Source of the DNA: Narcine bancroftii
Lineage: Eukaryota
Direction of reading: 5' to 3'
DNA: 64,000 nucleotides
Assembly: GCF_036971445.1 (NCBI RefSeq)
Contig: NC_091476.1
Span: 26,598,001-26,662,000 of the forward strand
Shown: positions 26,120 through 39,379 of the stretch, in pieces
Numbering within the stretch: position 1 is the stretch's first letter
Layout: every line of letters begins with the position of its first letter
Notes under the pieces: generated by a model
Told to the model about the DNA's origin: nothing
The model's database searches: none
Seen by the model: the letters and a program-made list of their open reading frames with translations, nothing else
Position numbers and translations under genes: made by a program

Positions 26120-26500
26120 AAGTTCAAAGGTAAAAGTTTAGAATGCAAACATGACAACCCTGAGATTCTTTTTCCTGTGGGCCAGACAGAATTTCTACTT
26201 ATTGGTAACTGTAAATATACTCAAGAAAAAGGTATGCATGCAAAAGAGAGAAAGAAATGTAAACAAATTAACTGCAATAGAGAAACAAAAATTTTCAGTA
26301 ATGAATAATGTGCAAAGTAAGACTCCTTAAATGTTTAGGGGTAGCAGCGAGAACAGTGCATGATCTGGGTGGTGTGGATCCTTGATGATTGCTACTGCTC
26401 TCCATTGGCAGTGTTCCATGTAGATTTTCTTGAGGGTGGAAAGAGTTTTGCATGTAATGTACTGGGCTATGTCCACTACCTTTTGCAGGCCACTGTTCTG
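26120..26500 (-). mobile_element. Rex1/Babar 3' fragment
   Basis: LQKVVDIAQYIT...IYMEHC..RAVAIIKDPHHPDHALFSLLP. Confidence 0.85.
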
Positions 26501-26894
26501 GAGGAAGTAAATCCAAGATCCTATGTTGTCAGAGCAGAGGATAGTCAAATATTGAGGAGGAATTGAAAGAGCCTGCTGAAAACGCAAGTGACGCTGCAAG
26601 AACAGACAAATGCCAAAGATCCAGCCTACACAGCAGCAGAGGAATCATTTCCAGTGCTAGACAGTAGTGGACCAGCAGAGTTGGATTAAGAATATGCACC
26701 TGCATTAAGAAGATCCATATGCATTATCGAAGCATCTGATAGACTGCATCTCTAAAAGACACACATTAAAAAGTATGTGCTGCTGATGTTTGTGTTTAAC
26801 TTTAAATTGAAATGAATATTGTATTGCTGTGTAATATTGCTAGATTGAATATCTTAAGGAAAGGGGATGTGGTGATTGGAATTAGTGATCCTCC

Positions 26895-26912
26895 TGACCA
26901 CTAGAGGGAGTC
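26895..26912 (+). promoter_or_regulatory. Candidate CTCF-binding motif
   Basis: TGACCACTAGAGGGAGTC, a common variant of the CTCF core; motif match only. Confidence 0.35.
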
Positions 26913-28842
26913 AGAGATGAATATTCCGCATTTGGTTAGATGCAAAAATGGATGCCCAATGCGGACGTGGGTTATTAATAAAATGTAATTAATACAAAAA
27001 AAAATGTCTTTGTTACAATAAAAGAAACATTCTGCATTCCTCCTGTCTGGCTGCTGACAGCTGACACCCTTCTGGAATTGGTGTGAAGCAAATTGCCAAA
27101 TACTGCATTCAGTTGTATCCGATCTGGTAAGAAACTGGACTGTAAAGCACTTTACCACTCTTTCAAATGTCTGGTTTAACAATTTCACAACTTTTTGTAA
27201 AGAATCCTGCTGGGTAATAACACAAAATAGCATAATGTTCCGTGTACCAAAAGATGATAAAATTCAATTTTAAAACAATAATCTTTTTCAGTGGTATTAA
27301 GGAAGTTATATTTGATAACCAGGTGGTTTTGTGCTCCAGTGAGAGTAAAGATGTTTGATATGAATGGAAATGATGCTGTCATTGACTTTTGGAACTGATC
27401 TGAGCACAGGTGAGAAATAAGCTAACATAGATGAAGGTTGAAAAAAGAATGAAAGCAGAATACACTGGAGATAAACAACAGGTTAAGTTGCAGTTGTGAA
27501 GAGAGCAATACCATTTTAGTTCAATCATCTTTTATCAGAACTGTTAAAATGAGGGAGAAAGCAAGCAAGTTTTTAATTACATAGTGAGGAGTGGAAGGAA
27601 CAAAGGGAAGGTCTATTATAGCGAGCAAACCAAAACCAGACAGACTGTGGTCTTTCCATTAGAAAGTCCAGAACTCAATTACAGAAACAAGGTGTTGAGT
27701 CCCAATGAGGATTAGGCTTTATGCTTATCCTCATAGTCTGCATTAATATTGAGATCTCAGTTAAACAGTTAGTGAATTAGTTTTGATGAACCTCTGACTT
27801 GAATTCCTCGTAATTATTTTCAGTATATGGTTTGTCTATTGATCTATTAAGTAAACTTATTTTATAGCTTCCTCATTGAGGGTATACTTTTCAATTAAGA
27901 TTATATCATTTATTGTTTCCGCCAAGCTTCACATTGTGCCATCCTTTGTCATTTTATCACCGAAGGACTAATGATTCCTATAATCTGTTGCCAGCAACAC
28001 CCTGAAGAGATACTTTTCTTTCCGACAAAAAAAAAGATTGAGATTATTTTAGCGAATTACTTGCTAATACATTGTGGCAAACTGAAATGATTTGCTGAAT
28101 GAATTAACTTGCTGAATGAACAGTGGGACACATTGAAGGGATTTGAAGAAGTTGTTCACAGCAGTGTTGACCTATCATCGGTAAGTTTGAATTTAGTTAC
28201 TATTTTGTGTGCACCTGATTCTGTAGCCCCTCTAATAGATCAGAGTTCACGTTTTCTCTTTCCCGATTCCCTGGATCTGTGCCTCACATTCCAGAAATCA
28301 CTTTCCTAAACCTCTCTATTTCCTTCTAAGACCTAATCTTTAGATCTTCCTAAATACCTCATTTTAGATCGTAAGAGATAGGAGCAGAATTACAACATTC
28401 AGACCATCGGGTCCACTCCGCCATTTTAATATACAAACATTGTTTGTGTTTAAGGTGCCATATAACTTGTTGCTTTTCCATCTTAATAGACCAAATAGAT
28501 CATTTCACTATTAGGTGTCAACAAGTCAGTGATGAATCTCCCAGAATTTGGATTAATAGGCACAGAAAAAAATATTAGCTGACCATTATTTTGAAGTAAA
28601 GTTTCCCAGGTTAAATAAGGTAAGTTCTTGTCTGGTCCAAAGGAAGATTCAATTTGGAAGAGGTCTGCCTTGTTGGTTTAATTTTTGATGATAATTACAT
28701 GTCATCTCCGTACTTATAAACAGCAAATTCAAAAGAAGCCAATAACCCAAGATGTGCATCCAAAGCTATTGATTCATCCATATTTAATGCATGCAATAAG
28801 GGAAGACTTCAAAGGCACAATCCCTTTGCAGGGTAATTGCCT

Positions 28843-28938
28843 GTAAATATGTTTCCTGGTGCTGACTGGGTAATCACTTCTGCTTCATGCCATCTATGGG
28901 GACACTTACCTTGACAAGCATATGGGAGATAGTTTCAA
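28843..28938 (+). repeat. Donor of an exact 96-bp local duplication (copy at 30011-30106)
   Basis: GTAAATATGTTTCC...GATAGTTTCAA identical at both positions. Confidence 0.97.
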
Positions 28939-29544
28939 ACAGCTGTCTGTTATATGGAGCACAGAATTCAGGTGTTCTCTCCACAAATAAATATAATGGA
29001 ATATGTATCAACAGGCCCATAACCAAAGTCAGAACTGGTTAGCATTCATTTTGACAACAAACTGCAAGGATTCTATCAATAATGAGCTAATCCATGTAAA
29101 CAAGTAAGCAACTGGGCTGCTTTTAATCACAGCAGTGTTAATTACTGAACTGTCACAGTATGGCAGCATTAAGCAAGAGCAAAGTAATATTATGTGCTGT
29201 AATCTTTATGATTTAATTAACTAATCAAGGGAATAGGAATGAAGGCAACAATGTAACATTCAAATTGTTAATGCAGTGAGTTGGGTTTTGCAATTAATTT
29301 ACTTCATGTGAAAGATGAAACCTTTTGAGTGGAACAGAATGCTTAGAGATAATTATCTCTTATGGAAGTGCTAAGGAAACGTCTTTGATTCTTCTTAGAA
29401 TCCAGCACTGACTGGGATTGATAGATGCTGGATAAGTGAACTTTCCAGTTGCTTGAGGCTGCGTGTTGCGTGAATGGAGAATAAATGTCAAGGAGCGCCA
29501 ACATTAAACTTCTGTATGTTTTACCCACTTATTTAGGTATAAAT

Positions 29545-30730
29545 TTTAAGATAGTCAAATGGATTGAACATTGGCTGAAAGGGAGAGGCCAGAGAGTGGT
29601 AGTGGATAATTGTCTGTCAGGTTGGAGGCCGGTGACCAGTGGTGTGCCTCAAGGATTGGGCCCATTGTTGTTCGTTATATACATTAATGATCTAGATGAT
29701 GGGGTGGTAAATTGGATTAGTAAATATGCAGACGATACTAAGATAGGTGGAATAGTGGATAATGAAGAAGGTTTTCAAGGATTGCAGAGGGATTTGGGCT
29801 GCTTAGAAAAGTGGGCTGAAAAATGGCAGATGGAATTTAATGCTGATAAGTGTGAGGTGCTTCATTTTGGTAAGAAGAATCAGAACAGGACATACGTGGT
29901 AAATGGGAGAGCATTGATGAATACAGAAGAGCAGAAAGATTTAGGAGTAACGGTACATCGTTCCCTGAAGGTAGAAACTCACGTGAATAGGGTGGTGAAG
30001 AAGGCTTTTAGTAAATATGTTTCCTGGTGCTGACTGGGTAATCACTTCTGCTTCATGCCATCTATGGGGACACTTACCTTGACAAGCATATGGGAGATAG
30101 TTTCAATCATTGCATGGAATATAGGAGTTGGGAGGTGATGTTGAGACTGTATAAGACGTTGGTGCGGCCTAATTTGGAGTTCTGTGTGCAGTTCTGGTCG
30201 CCTAATTATAGGAAGGATATAAACAGAGTGGAGAGAGTGCAGAGAAGGTTTACCAGAATGTTACCTGGGTTTAAGCATCTAGAGTATAGGGAGAGATTGG
30301 ACAGATTAGGTCTTTATTCTTTGGAGCGTAGAAGGTTGAGAGGGGATTTGATAGAAGTATTTAAGATTATGAAAGGGATAGACAGAGTGGATGTGGATAG
30401 ACTATTTCCATTAAGAGGAGGAAAGATTAAAACAAGAGGACATGAGTTAAGAATTAAAGGGCAGAGGTTTAGAGGTAACATGAGGGGGAACTTCTTTACT
30501 CAGAGAGTGGTAGACGTGTGGAATGAGCTTCCGGGAGAAATAGTGGCGGCGGAGTCAATTGTATTATTTAAGAAAAGGTTGGACAGGTATATGGATGAGA
30601 AGAAGATGGAGGGTTATGTGCATTGTGCAGGGAGGTGGGACTAGAGGGGGGTGTTTGGTTCGGTGTGGACTAGAAGGGCCTAATGGCCTGTTTCCGTGCT
30701 GTAAATTGTTATGTTAAATTGTTATGTTAT
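29545..30730 (+). mobile_element. Young 5'-truncated CR1/HER1 LINE (RT C-terminal half)
   Basis: Long stop-free frames: VTSGVPQG, FVIYINDL, YADDTK, WQMEFNADKC, LYKTLVRPNLE, RRRLRGDLIEVFK; tandem AAATTGTTATGTT tail. Confidence 0.96.
30011..30106 (+). repeat. 96-bp templated insertion inside the CR1 ORF
   Basis: Identical to 28843-28938; interrupts the KKAFS...NHCMEY reading frame. Confidence 0.95.
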
Positions 30731-31129
30731 TATTTTTTTTGCCAGTCGCCGGTTGCTTGAATTCCGGATTACAGGATTTTACTATATTAGAGTACAAACA
30801 TACATTGTACTTTCAAAAGAAAGAATTATAGAAAGGTGGACATGGATTGACCCAAACTACTATGTTCTAAAGCAATTAAATAACTGTCCATTACTATAGT
30901 TGTAGCAGTATAACACTTAAATGAATGTCCTCTAGTTTGTTACTATATAGCTTTAATCCAGCACGAGAAAAACAATTGAAATGAAATACTTTCTCTAACT
31001 CCATCATATAATTCAATAAAAAATACAAGTTATTTTTATGTTAACTACAGAAATAATTCTGTACTATATAATCTGCATATATGAATATAAATCTGTGGAG
31101 GAAAATTGTGGGGTGAAAATCCAATTGGG

Positions 31130-32110
31130 TCTCAAACTGTAACAAGTGTGTAGCATGCAAATATTGATTATAATATAACTGATTCTTGATACATTTTTAA
31201 AATTTCAATCTTCCAGTAAAGGGTTAATATCGGTTATTTATGATAAGTTGGCTGGTGTAAGACACACTCCTTTAGTCCAAATTAAGAATTGCTTGGAGCA
31301 AGATTTGAACCTTTCACTGTCCAACAAGTTTTGGGACTCTATTTTCAAAATGATTAACACCTAAAGTCAAATTATCTCGTTTTTATTCAGATATAATCCA
31401 CATTGTGATAAATGTAAAATATGTGATGCTTCTTTAATTCATATGTTTTGGAGATGGCACAGTTTGGAAAAATATGGAAGAGTAGTTTTCCAAACATAAT
31501 TGGTGATTCTTAATTTAAAATTAGAACAAATTCCTTTAGTTGCTCTTTTTGTAATTCTTGGAGACGATGATGTTTTATTAACTCCAATTAAATGTTGCAT
31601 TTTATCTTTTACTTCTTGTTGGCCAGGTGTGTTATTTTGATTAAGTGGAAAGATAATACCCCACCTATTCATGCACAATGGCTACGGGATGTTATATCAT
31701 GTTTAAATTTGGAGAAAAAATAGATATGCAAATGTTTCAAACATTAGATTCCAAAAGTTAAGGGGCCCCTTCGTAGATTACTACCATAATCTCTAGTTGC
31801 AGCGTTGTTATAGAATTTTGACAATGTATTATCACACTTCAGAGTGAGCTACTTTGTTTCATTAACATTAACTTTCAACCTTGTTTAGGGCTAGGAGTTT
31901 TGATATATTTAAAATTATTGTGTCCATTGTTTATTATTATTGGCTGTGCTTTGGGAATTCATATGTATGATTATTTTCATGGTGTTTTTCTTTATCTTCT
32001 TTTTTTCTGTAGCACATTCCATAATTGTACTGTTCAAATTTATTATTACTGAAAATAATTTTTTTTTTAAAGTATATTATTTTAAATATGCTTAATGATT
32101 TATTAAATAT
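31130..32110 (+). mobile_element. L1/Tx1-type LINE 3' fragment, old
   Basis: CDKCKICDASLIHMFW zinc-knuckle motif near 31400-31455; downstream LEKK...RF.K-like motif and AT-rich UTR. Confidence 0.7.
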
Positions 32111-32169
32111 AGAGTTTAGCACTTTTTAACAATTTATAATCCTTTTAACAGTATAATTTAAAAATATAT

Positions 32170-32520
32170 TTTTGAAGGGATAGAGATAGAATAAATGTAG
32201 GTCAGCTTTTTCCACTAAGGGTAGGTGAGACACAGACCAGAGGACATGGGTTAAGGGTGAAAGAGGAAAAGTTTAGAGAAAACATTAGGGGAAATTTCTT
32301 CACACAGAGAATGGTGGGAGTATGGAATGAGCTGTCAGCTGAAGTGGTGAATGCAGACTTAATTTTAATATCTTAAATAATTTGGACAGGTATATAGATG
32401 AGAGGGGTATGGAAGGGTATGGATTGGGTGCAGGTTTATAGGACTGGGAAGAGTAATAGCTTGGCTCAGCCCATAACGGTCAAAGGGCCTGTTTCTGTGC
32501 TGTAATGTTCTATGATTCTA
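32170..32520 (+). mobile_element. CR1 3' fragment
   Basis: TRGHGLRVK.EKF..NIRGNFFTQRMVGVWNEL; TTCTATG tail. Confidence 0.88.
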
Positions 32521-35002
32521 AGGTTACAATATTCAGAGCCTTCAGGCTCTTTTCTTTCCAGTTTTGACAATGATGGGGTCGAAGGTTTGCCAAATCAGAT
32601 GTCTAAACAGCTTCAGTACAGGGCTTTCTATATATTGCTGGGAATGGCCTATGCTTCACAGAACCTTGAAAATCAGCTGCTAGCTTTGGGGACTTGCTCC
32701 AATAAATGCAGGAAGGGAAGCAGTGAGCATGACATTCTGGAGGTCATCTTGTGGACTGGATGTAACAGACATTCCACCACTAACTATTAAAAGAAATAGG
32801 AAATTACAGGATATAAAATAACCTTGTCAGATTGAGTAACTCAGCTTGGACTAAGCATGCCAAGGTATAAAGGTCATATATGCCAAATATGGCAACAGCA
32901 ATTAGGGAGAGAAACAACGTGAAGGATAAACCTACTGGTTTAACTCTGACCAATCTACCAGAGCATCATCTATGATAGCATTAGTGGCAATGAACACCAC
33001 AAAACCAATGTGGACTCCTTCCTCCATAGTGAGGACTTCCTCCATCACCCTTCTCTATTGGCAGCCATTCTCAACAGGATTCTGCTTATAGTTTATCAGC
33101 CCCTTTCCTTGTGAAGCAGTCATGTTTTAATTTCTTCTGTACTTCTCTCCTACTGACTACATAAAAAATAAAAAAAATATTAATGTTATGTGAGGTGAAA
33201 AGAAAACAAGGCTTTATCTTAAATCTGTTGTGGCCCTGTCACAGGATTGATTCACAGCTAATATTTCAAAACTACACATTTACCACTATTGTGGACCTTC
33301 AGGCACAACAGAATCTTATTTCACCACAGCCCATAACTTGGTTGCCTGGAATATTCCACAATTTATTATTTTTGTCGAGTCAGGACACCAACATTGTTTA
33401 ATAAGTATTGAAAGCATGTCAGAGGCAGCACTGGGTGTAACTGAAATTGAAGTGCCAATCTGACAAATCTAAAATAGAATTACAACAGAAGCCCATTGTG
33501 AAAGATAGAGATAGCAAATGGCCATCTACTGAATTATATTAAGGCTCTGGTCTTGCCATATTCTACCATGAGAGGTGATGGCAGTTTTACCATTAATGGA
33601 AGGAATTTTCACAACTATCCCATTTCACCAAATGAGGACAAAGGACATGAATGAACCATCAACCATCTCAGCCAGGTTTCTCTGTAATGGAAATCAGGCT
33701 TCTATGATTGCATTCAATTCAATTCACTCCTCGATATCTCGAGAAAAAATGAAGTACATTTGGTACATTAAGTGTAATTGGCCCCAGTTTTACCTTAAAA
33801 TTTTATGATGCCGAACAACCTATTTTAACAGTGTTGCCATTGTTATGGCTCCTACATTCAGCATCTGGAGGCATCAGAATTGTAGTAAAACTTAAATTTT
33901 AACATCCATAAAATCTGTGTACACAGAGCAAGTCAGAGCTCAGTATTTTACAAATGATTCAGCTGTGGACTCCCAAGGACAGTGCTGAAGTTTGATATTT
34001 TAAATTGTGTACCAGCCACAAGCCTGGCTTGGACAATGCCCTGAGGAATCTTTGCAAAAATGCTCTTGAATGTAATGATTAACCTTCAAGAGCTGTCTCT
34101 CACTTGTTTCCTGGTTCCATTTCAGACTGATTTTTGTCACTGCATTACTTCACGTGAAGGAAATACTTAATGTCTTATTTGTTCTAGTAAATGGTTACAC
34201 AATTAGTGGAAGTCTCTGAAACACAACTTCTCTTTGTGGTATTTTCTACTCTAGACTACTTTCGGCAGCTGTCGTTCTAGTTCACTCGAGGGTCTACTTC
34301 ATGCCCCGCCATGCTCACTTTCTACCTACCGGTTGGAAGTGATTTATCACTCATTCCTCTTGGAAGCTAGCTTGTATCAAAAATGAGCAGCAATTCCTCA
34401 GCATGTTCCATTCAAAAACATTCCTACTTGGGTACATTAGTGAAGGGGTTTAAAATGTTATCTGATCATTCTTATCGCTTGAATTTCTGGGTGTTTGGAT
34501 TTCTTTAAAAAAATAACATACTTAAAATAATCCCATAAACTTAAAATGACAATGGTCATGTATGTGCAGTTAAAAACTCAACACCGAATGTTGAAGAAGC
34601 TTGAGGTGACTAAACTCAGTGGCTCAACTTCAAAAGCTTCTGTGAGACAATTTCGAGGGGAACTCAGCTACTGATACAACACAATAAAAACTGAGTGTAG
34701 ATTTTTCTAAATTATCCAGCTAATGGGGAACAAAGGCATTTAATCAATATGCATTTGTGTGTATTTTAAAACAGTGAGGCTTATAAGTTCACAGCTCAGT
34801 GGCTTTAAAAACCTTCACTTATTGCAATATTTAACCAGCAAAATGCCAATAATTAGAATCCTAAAATAGTTCCCGATATTACTGGGTCATTTACTTGATG
34901 AGAGTCTTGTTCTTAATGAGGCACGCACTAAAAAAAAGCCTGATCAGAAGCAATCTCACCATTCATATGTGCACTGACCCTTTCAGGAGAAAGAAAGAAT
35001 GC

Positions 35003-35174
35003 CAGTGGTTCTCAACCTTCCCCACCCGCCCCCTCCCCCACTCACATACCATTCTAAGTAATCCTTTACTAACCATAGAGCACCTGAGGCATCCCATGCC
35101 ATGGGTGTTCTGTGGTTAGTAAGGGATTACTTAAGGTGGGATGTGAGTGGAGGAAAAAAAGCTGAGAACCACTG
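35003..35174. mobile_element. hAT/Charlie-type palindromic MITE
   Basis: TIRs CAGTGGTTCTCA / TGAGAACCACTG; almost the whole element is an inverted repeat; 8-bp TSD not evident. Confidence 0.8.
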
Positions 35175-35774
35175 GCATAGGTAAATACAAAGTTATTAAA
35201 TGCCTAACTTAATAAAACATAGTAGGTCACAAAAATATGTTTGTATAAAGGGATTGATGGAAATTAAACTGTTCAATCCTTACACCTGTTTTCTGAGTTA
35301 ACCCTCAGTGAAGCTTCTAAGAAAAGTACAGGGCACCATCAGAGGAAGTCAGCCCAAATTATTATTGAACACTTTATTGTGGTTGATGGGAAGCAACTTT
35401 TACAAAGGCAGGAAATAGGTTCACATTCTGCAGTCCATCGACTCTATGATCAAGGGAACAACAAATAAAATGAAAGATTGTGGTAGTATCTGATAAATAA
35501 AAAGAAATAGATTTGTTCTTAGTGCCAAAGTCCCACTGAAAATCAGCTGAACTTTTATTTTCCAATGCATTGGCACTAATCTATACCTTTGTGGAAAATC
35601 TCACAATGAGCAAAGTGTTGCAAGCTTTATTTGAATGCATCACCTGGAAAGGTCAAGAAGGACAATAACATCAGCGGAAGCATCTGATTTTCACATTAAA
35701 TGGATTTTCTATTAGTAATTCTGGGAATATTATGCATAAATGCATGAATATATGGATTAGGATGAGGTGTAGGT

Positions 35775-35990
35775 AGACACCGTGATTGTACTGAACACAC
35801 ACCAAAATGCTGGAGGAACTCAGCTGGTCTTTTGCTTCATGGAATAAGCAGAATGAGCCAGAAGCAAGAAATCTTAAAAAGTCTCAGAATTCAGACAATG
35901 CTCAGGCCTGAAACATTGGAAAAATATCTTCGTCTCCTATGGACGCTGAAAAGAACGGCTGCGTTCTTCCAGCATATTGGTGTGTTTTTA
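35775..35990. mobile_element. Palindromic Penelope-terminus element
   Basis: ATGCTGGAGGAACTCAGC ... GCTCAGGCCTGAAACATTGG ... GCTGCGTTCTTCCAGCAT. Confidence 0.7.
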
Positions 35991-35994
35991 GAGA

Positions 35995-36915
35995 CATGGA
36001 CCTATTCTAATTTGCCTATCGCAGCAACAGTTCTAGGGCAGATGACATCTCACTGGTTCTTCACAAAACTCTTCACAGCAAAGATGCAAACACCAGGATG
36101 CTCCTCGTCGACTACAGTTTGGCATTCAACATCATCATCCCCTCAAAACTCATAGGTAACCTCTAGGACCTGGGCCTCAATACCCCACTGTGCAATTGGG
36201 TCCTGAATTTCCTCACCCCCGGATCACTCTCAGTGCATATTGGCAAGAGCATCAATTTCACAATCTCCGTCAGCACTGGAGCACCATAGGGCTGAGTACT
36301 TAGCCCCCTGCTCTACCTGCTTTACACCTATGACTGCGTGGCTAGGTTCTACAACAACACCATATTTGTTGATGACACCACCATAGTGGGCCCTATAAAA
36401 GGGGGACTTAATTCAGCATGCAGGAGGGAGATTGAAAACTTGGCTGAATGGTGTACTAACAACAACCTCATTCAATGTCTCCAAAACCAAGGAGGTAATT
36501 GTAAACATTAGGAAAGGAAAACCAGACGTATGTGAAACTCTTCCCACCATTGACTTTGCCCTTGGAAAGCAGGAGGACATGTTCTGTTCTCACTGCCTCT
36601 ATCAGGAAAGTGGTATAGATGCCATAGGACTCACCCCATCAGGTTCAAGAATAGTTGTTACCCCTTAACTATCAGACTCCTGAACAATAGACTCATTCAG
36701 AGATTCATTTAAGGACTCATATTTGTCTCATTATTTCTTACTGTATAATTATACAGTACTTCTGTATTTGCACAGTCAGTTTGTTTGCAGTTCTTTCTTT
36801 CTTTGAGTACAGTTTTAGTTAACGGGTAATTAGAAATTCTTCCTGGCCTGCAAAACAAGTATCTCAGGTTTGTGATGTGATGTTTGTTCTCTGATGATAA
36901 ATATGAAGTTTGAAA
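35995..36915 (+). mobile_element. Rex1/Babar RT fragment with internal deletion
   Basis: DYSLAFNIIIP, STGAP*G, DDTTIVG, NVSKTKEVIV; 3' UTR and tail. Confidence 0.85.
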
Positions 36916-37034
36916 TTTGACAATTAATTTTCTGTAATAATTTTCAATGCAGTACGTTACCAAATGCCATCCAAAATCCATGCGTAGCAGATCCACCCAC
37001 ACTTTATCTGCAGTGCCTGTTACTTCTTCAAAGA

Positions 37035-37992
37035 ACTCCAATAAATTGGTCAGAATCCTTTGTGGGATGTATTACCTATGCTGATGGTCTTGTAAACCAC
37101 CTCCAAACATCAGGGAAGCCACAGAGGTCTATGCCAAAGCTGCTAGCACCCATGCTGAGCATCCTAGACCATGAGGGTTGCTGACTCTATGGGAGCAGTG
37201 GTCTTGCCAAGTTTTCAATCTCTCTCCTCCATGCTGAATCAAGCCCCCCTTTTATACGGCCCACTATGTTGGTGTCATCAACAAACATGTATATGGCGTT
37301 GTTGTAGAACCTAGCCACACAGTCATATGTGTAACGCAGGTAGAGCAGGGGGCTAAGTACTCAGCCCTATGGTGCTCCAGTGCTCATGGAGATTGTGAAA
37401 TAGATGTTCTTGCCAATATGTACTGATAGTGATCTGGGGGTGAGGAAATTCAGGATCCAATTGGGGTATTGAGGCCCTGGTCCTACCCTGCTGAGGAGAA
37501 GCTTGAAGTGGACCCTACAGACATAGAGACTACAGCAGCAGAGTAAAGAGGGGCTCAGTGGCTAAAGGCCCACACCAGGCTTCACGCTGTTGGAGGCTGG
37601 CTCGAGGGATTCTGGTATCAGGACTGTGATTCTTGAGGGTGCTGTTGGTGAGCAGAACTCCCAAAGAGCCTCAGGCACTGACAGCTTCCTGACTGTATCA
37701 GGTATTTGGAAGCAGGGGCTGAGGAGCATGAACTGGATGCCTGGAACTTGGGTTCACTGCCAGAACTGAAAGGGGGCCACTTATCTATGGAGGGAAGCCA
37801 GGACATAGCAGGGTAGAGGAATCCATAGTCCCTTGATGTCTCTGAAGGACTATCTTTTGCTTCTTGGTATTTCTCTTCTTGGTATGGGCATTGAATAAGT
37901 GGCATGTCCCTTTGTGTGCTTTTACGAGCAAACAAACGTAAACAAATATTGTGCATTTATCGGCTTGACAAAAAAAAGAACCCTGAATCTTG
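37035..37992 (+). mobile_element. Unclassified non-coding retroposon-like insertion with Rex1-like tail
   Basis: Splits a CR1; ends ...CTTGACAAAAAAAAGAACCCTGAATCTTGA; no recognisable ORF. Confidence 0.5.
37206..37485 (-). repeat. Inverted ~280-bp copy of Rex1 segment 36164-36444
   Basis: About 90% identical by eye; shares the GAP*G stop codon and other apparently copy-specific changes. Confidence 0.88.
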
Positions 37993-38754
37993 ACATGACT
38001 TCCCTTTCACAAAGCTATGTAAACTTTACGTGATAACTTTGATTTTTTTATGTGCTCTGTTCTAACATTTTTGGTATAGCCTTTTCCCTAAGGCATGTGT
38101 TAATCTAACTGATTGGTACTTTCCTGCATTTGTGTCCTGCCTTTCTTTTTCAATCAATGAGTTAAATTTACTCTTTTAGAATCTAATAGAACTTTTCTTG
38201 AATCCATGAAAATTAGGAAAATTAAAACCAATCCATTAATTACCTCATCTCCCACTCCATTTAAGGCTCTTGGATGAAGTTCATCAGGTCACTCGATCCT
38301 CTTAGCTGTAGCCTCTACAAAGTACTCAGTCCCACTTCCTGTTAACTTTAATTTTCCTCTGTTCCTCCGTCTCTTACAATTCTTGCTCCAAACATAGTCC
38401 TGGGAAAGTATGTGATCTTCTACTGTGAAGATTGATGAAAAGTTCCTGCTAGGTTTATCTGCCATTGTCCCAATTTCCATGATTTGTTTCCTGATCTTAA
38501 ATTGCTAGAACCGTTCGATACTAAAGGACGTCAAAATCTCTCAACTTGGGGAAGCACTGGGAGCAGCTCTAGTATTTTCTTACCTCTCTCTAAATTTTAT
38601 CTTTCCCTCAAAGGATAGTAACGTATCTTTTCAATATGGGTTCGGTTCTACTCCTTCTGTCAACCATGGAAGGAAAGTTTACATGGCAAAGAACAAACTC
38701 ATGCATCTCCCAACTGCTCAGTAGTTTTTTGTGATCTCATGCACAGTCTCCTGT

Positions 38755-38895
38755 AAAAACTTGGCGGATCAACCTTCATCAAAGCTCTTCCTGAAGGGTT
38801 CCAACCTGAAACCTGGACCATTCTTTTTCTCCCACTGATGCTGGTGAACTTGCTGAGTTCCTCCAGAAGATCATTTCATCGATCCAGCATCTGTG
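38755..38895. mobile_element. Penelope-terminus fragment
   Basis: CTGAAGGGTTCCAACCTGAAAC...CTGATGCTGG...TGCTGAGTTCCTCCAG. Confidence 0.6.
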
Positions 38896-39379
38896 CTTCT
38901 CCTATTGAGATCCTATCCCTGTCCATTGGATTATCTGCTGTGGTTGTTTATGCATTCAGAATCAGATAATTATTAGAAAAGCTGAATGTTTTAAATCAAA
39001 ACTCACTACACCATTATCTGTTCCATCTCTAGGCCCATCCCTCCTCTCATTCTTCAGATTGATTGTCAAGCAGACGCTGGACAAAATTCAAACAAACTAC
39101 TCAACTGTTCAGATCTAATTTTTAAAGTGATCAGAGCCCATCCGAGCAGAGCACATTTCAAACCAGTTGACTCTGCCATGCACCTCTGATACACTTTATA
39201 CCCAATCTCAATATTAATCTAATTATCCAGATGTATTATTCCATAACAAAATGGCACTTTCAGCAAACACAGGGCCTGACGAGACTGGCATTTTGAGAGA
39301 CAGACTGTAAAGAAAATAGAAGTCTGTATTTTGACACAGAATGCAAACTGTAATAATCAAAGTGGATAGAATTCAGCTC

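Larger units (their letters stand above)
36920..38480 (-). mobile_element. Old CR1 ORF2 fragment split by the 37035-37992 insertion
   Basis: MEFFEEVT..DKVWVDL..MDF; GGTCAGA at 37034 rejoins CATGACTTCCCTTTCACAAAGC at 37993. Confidence 0.7.
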
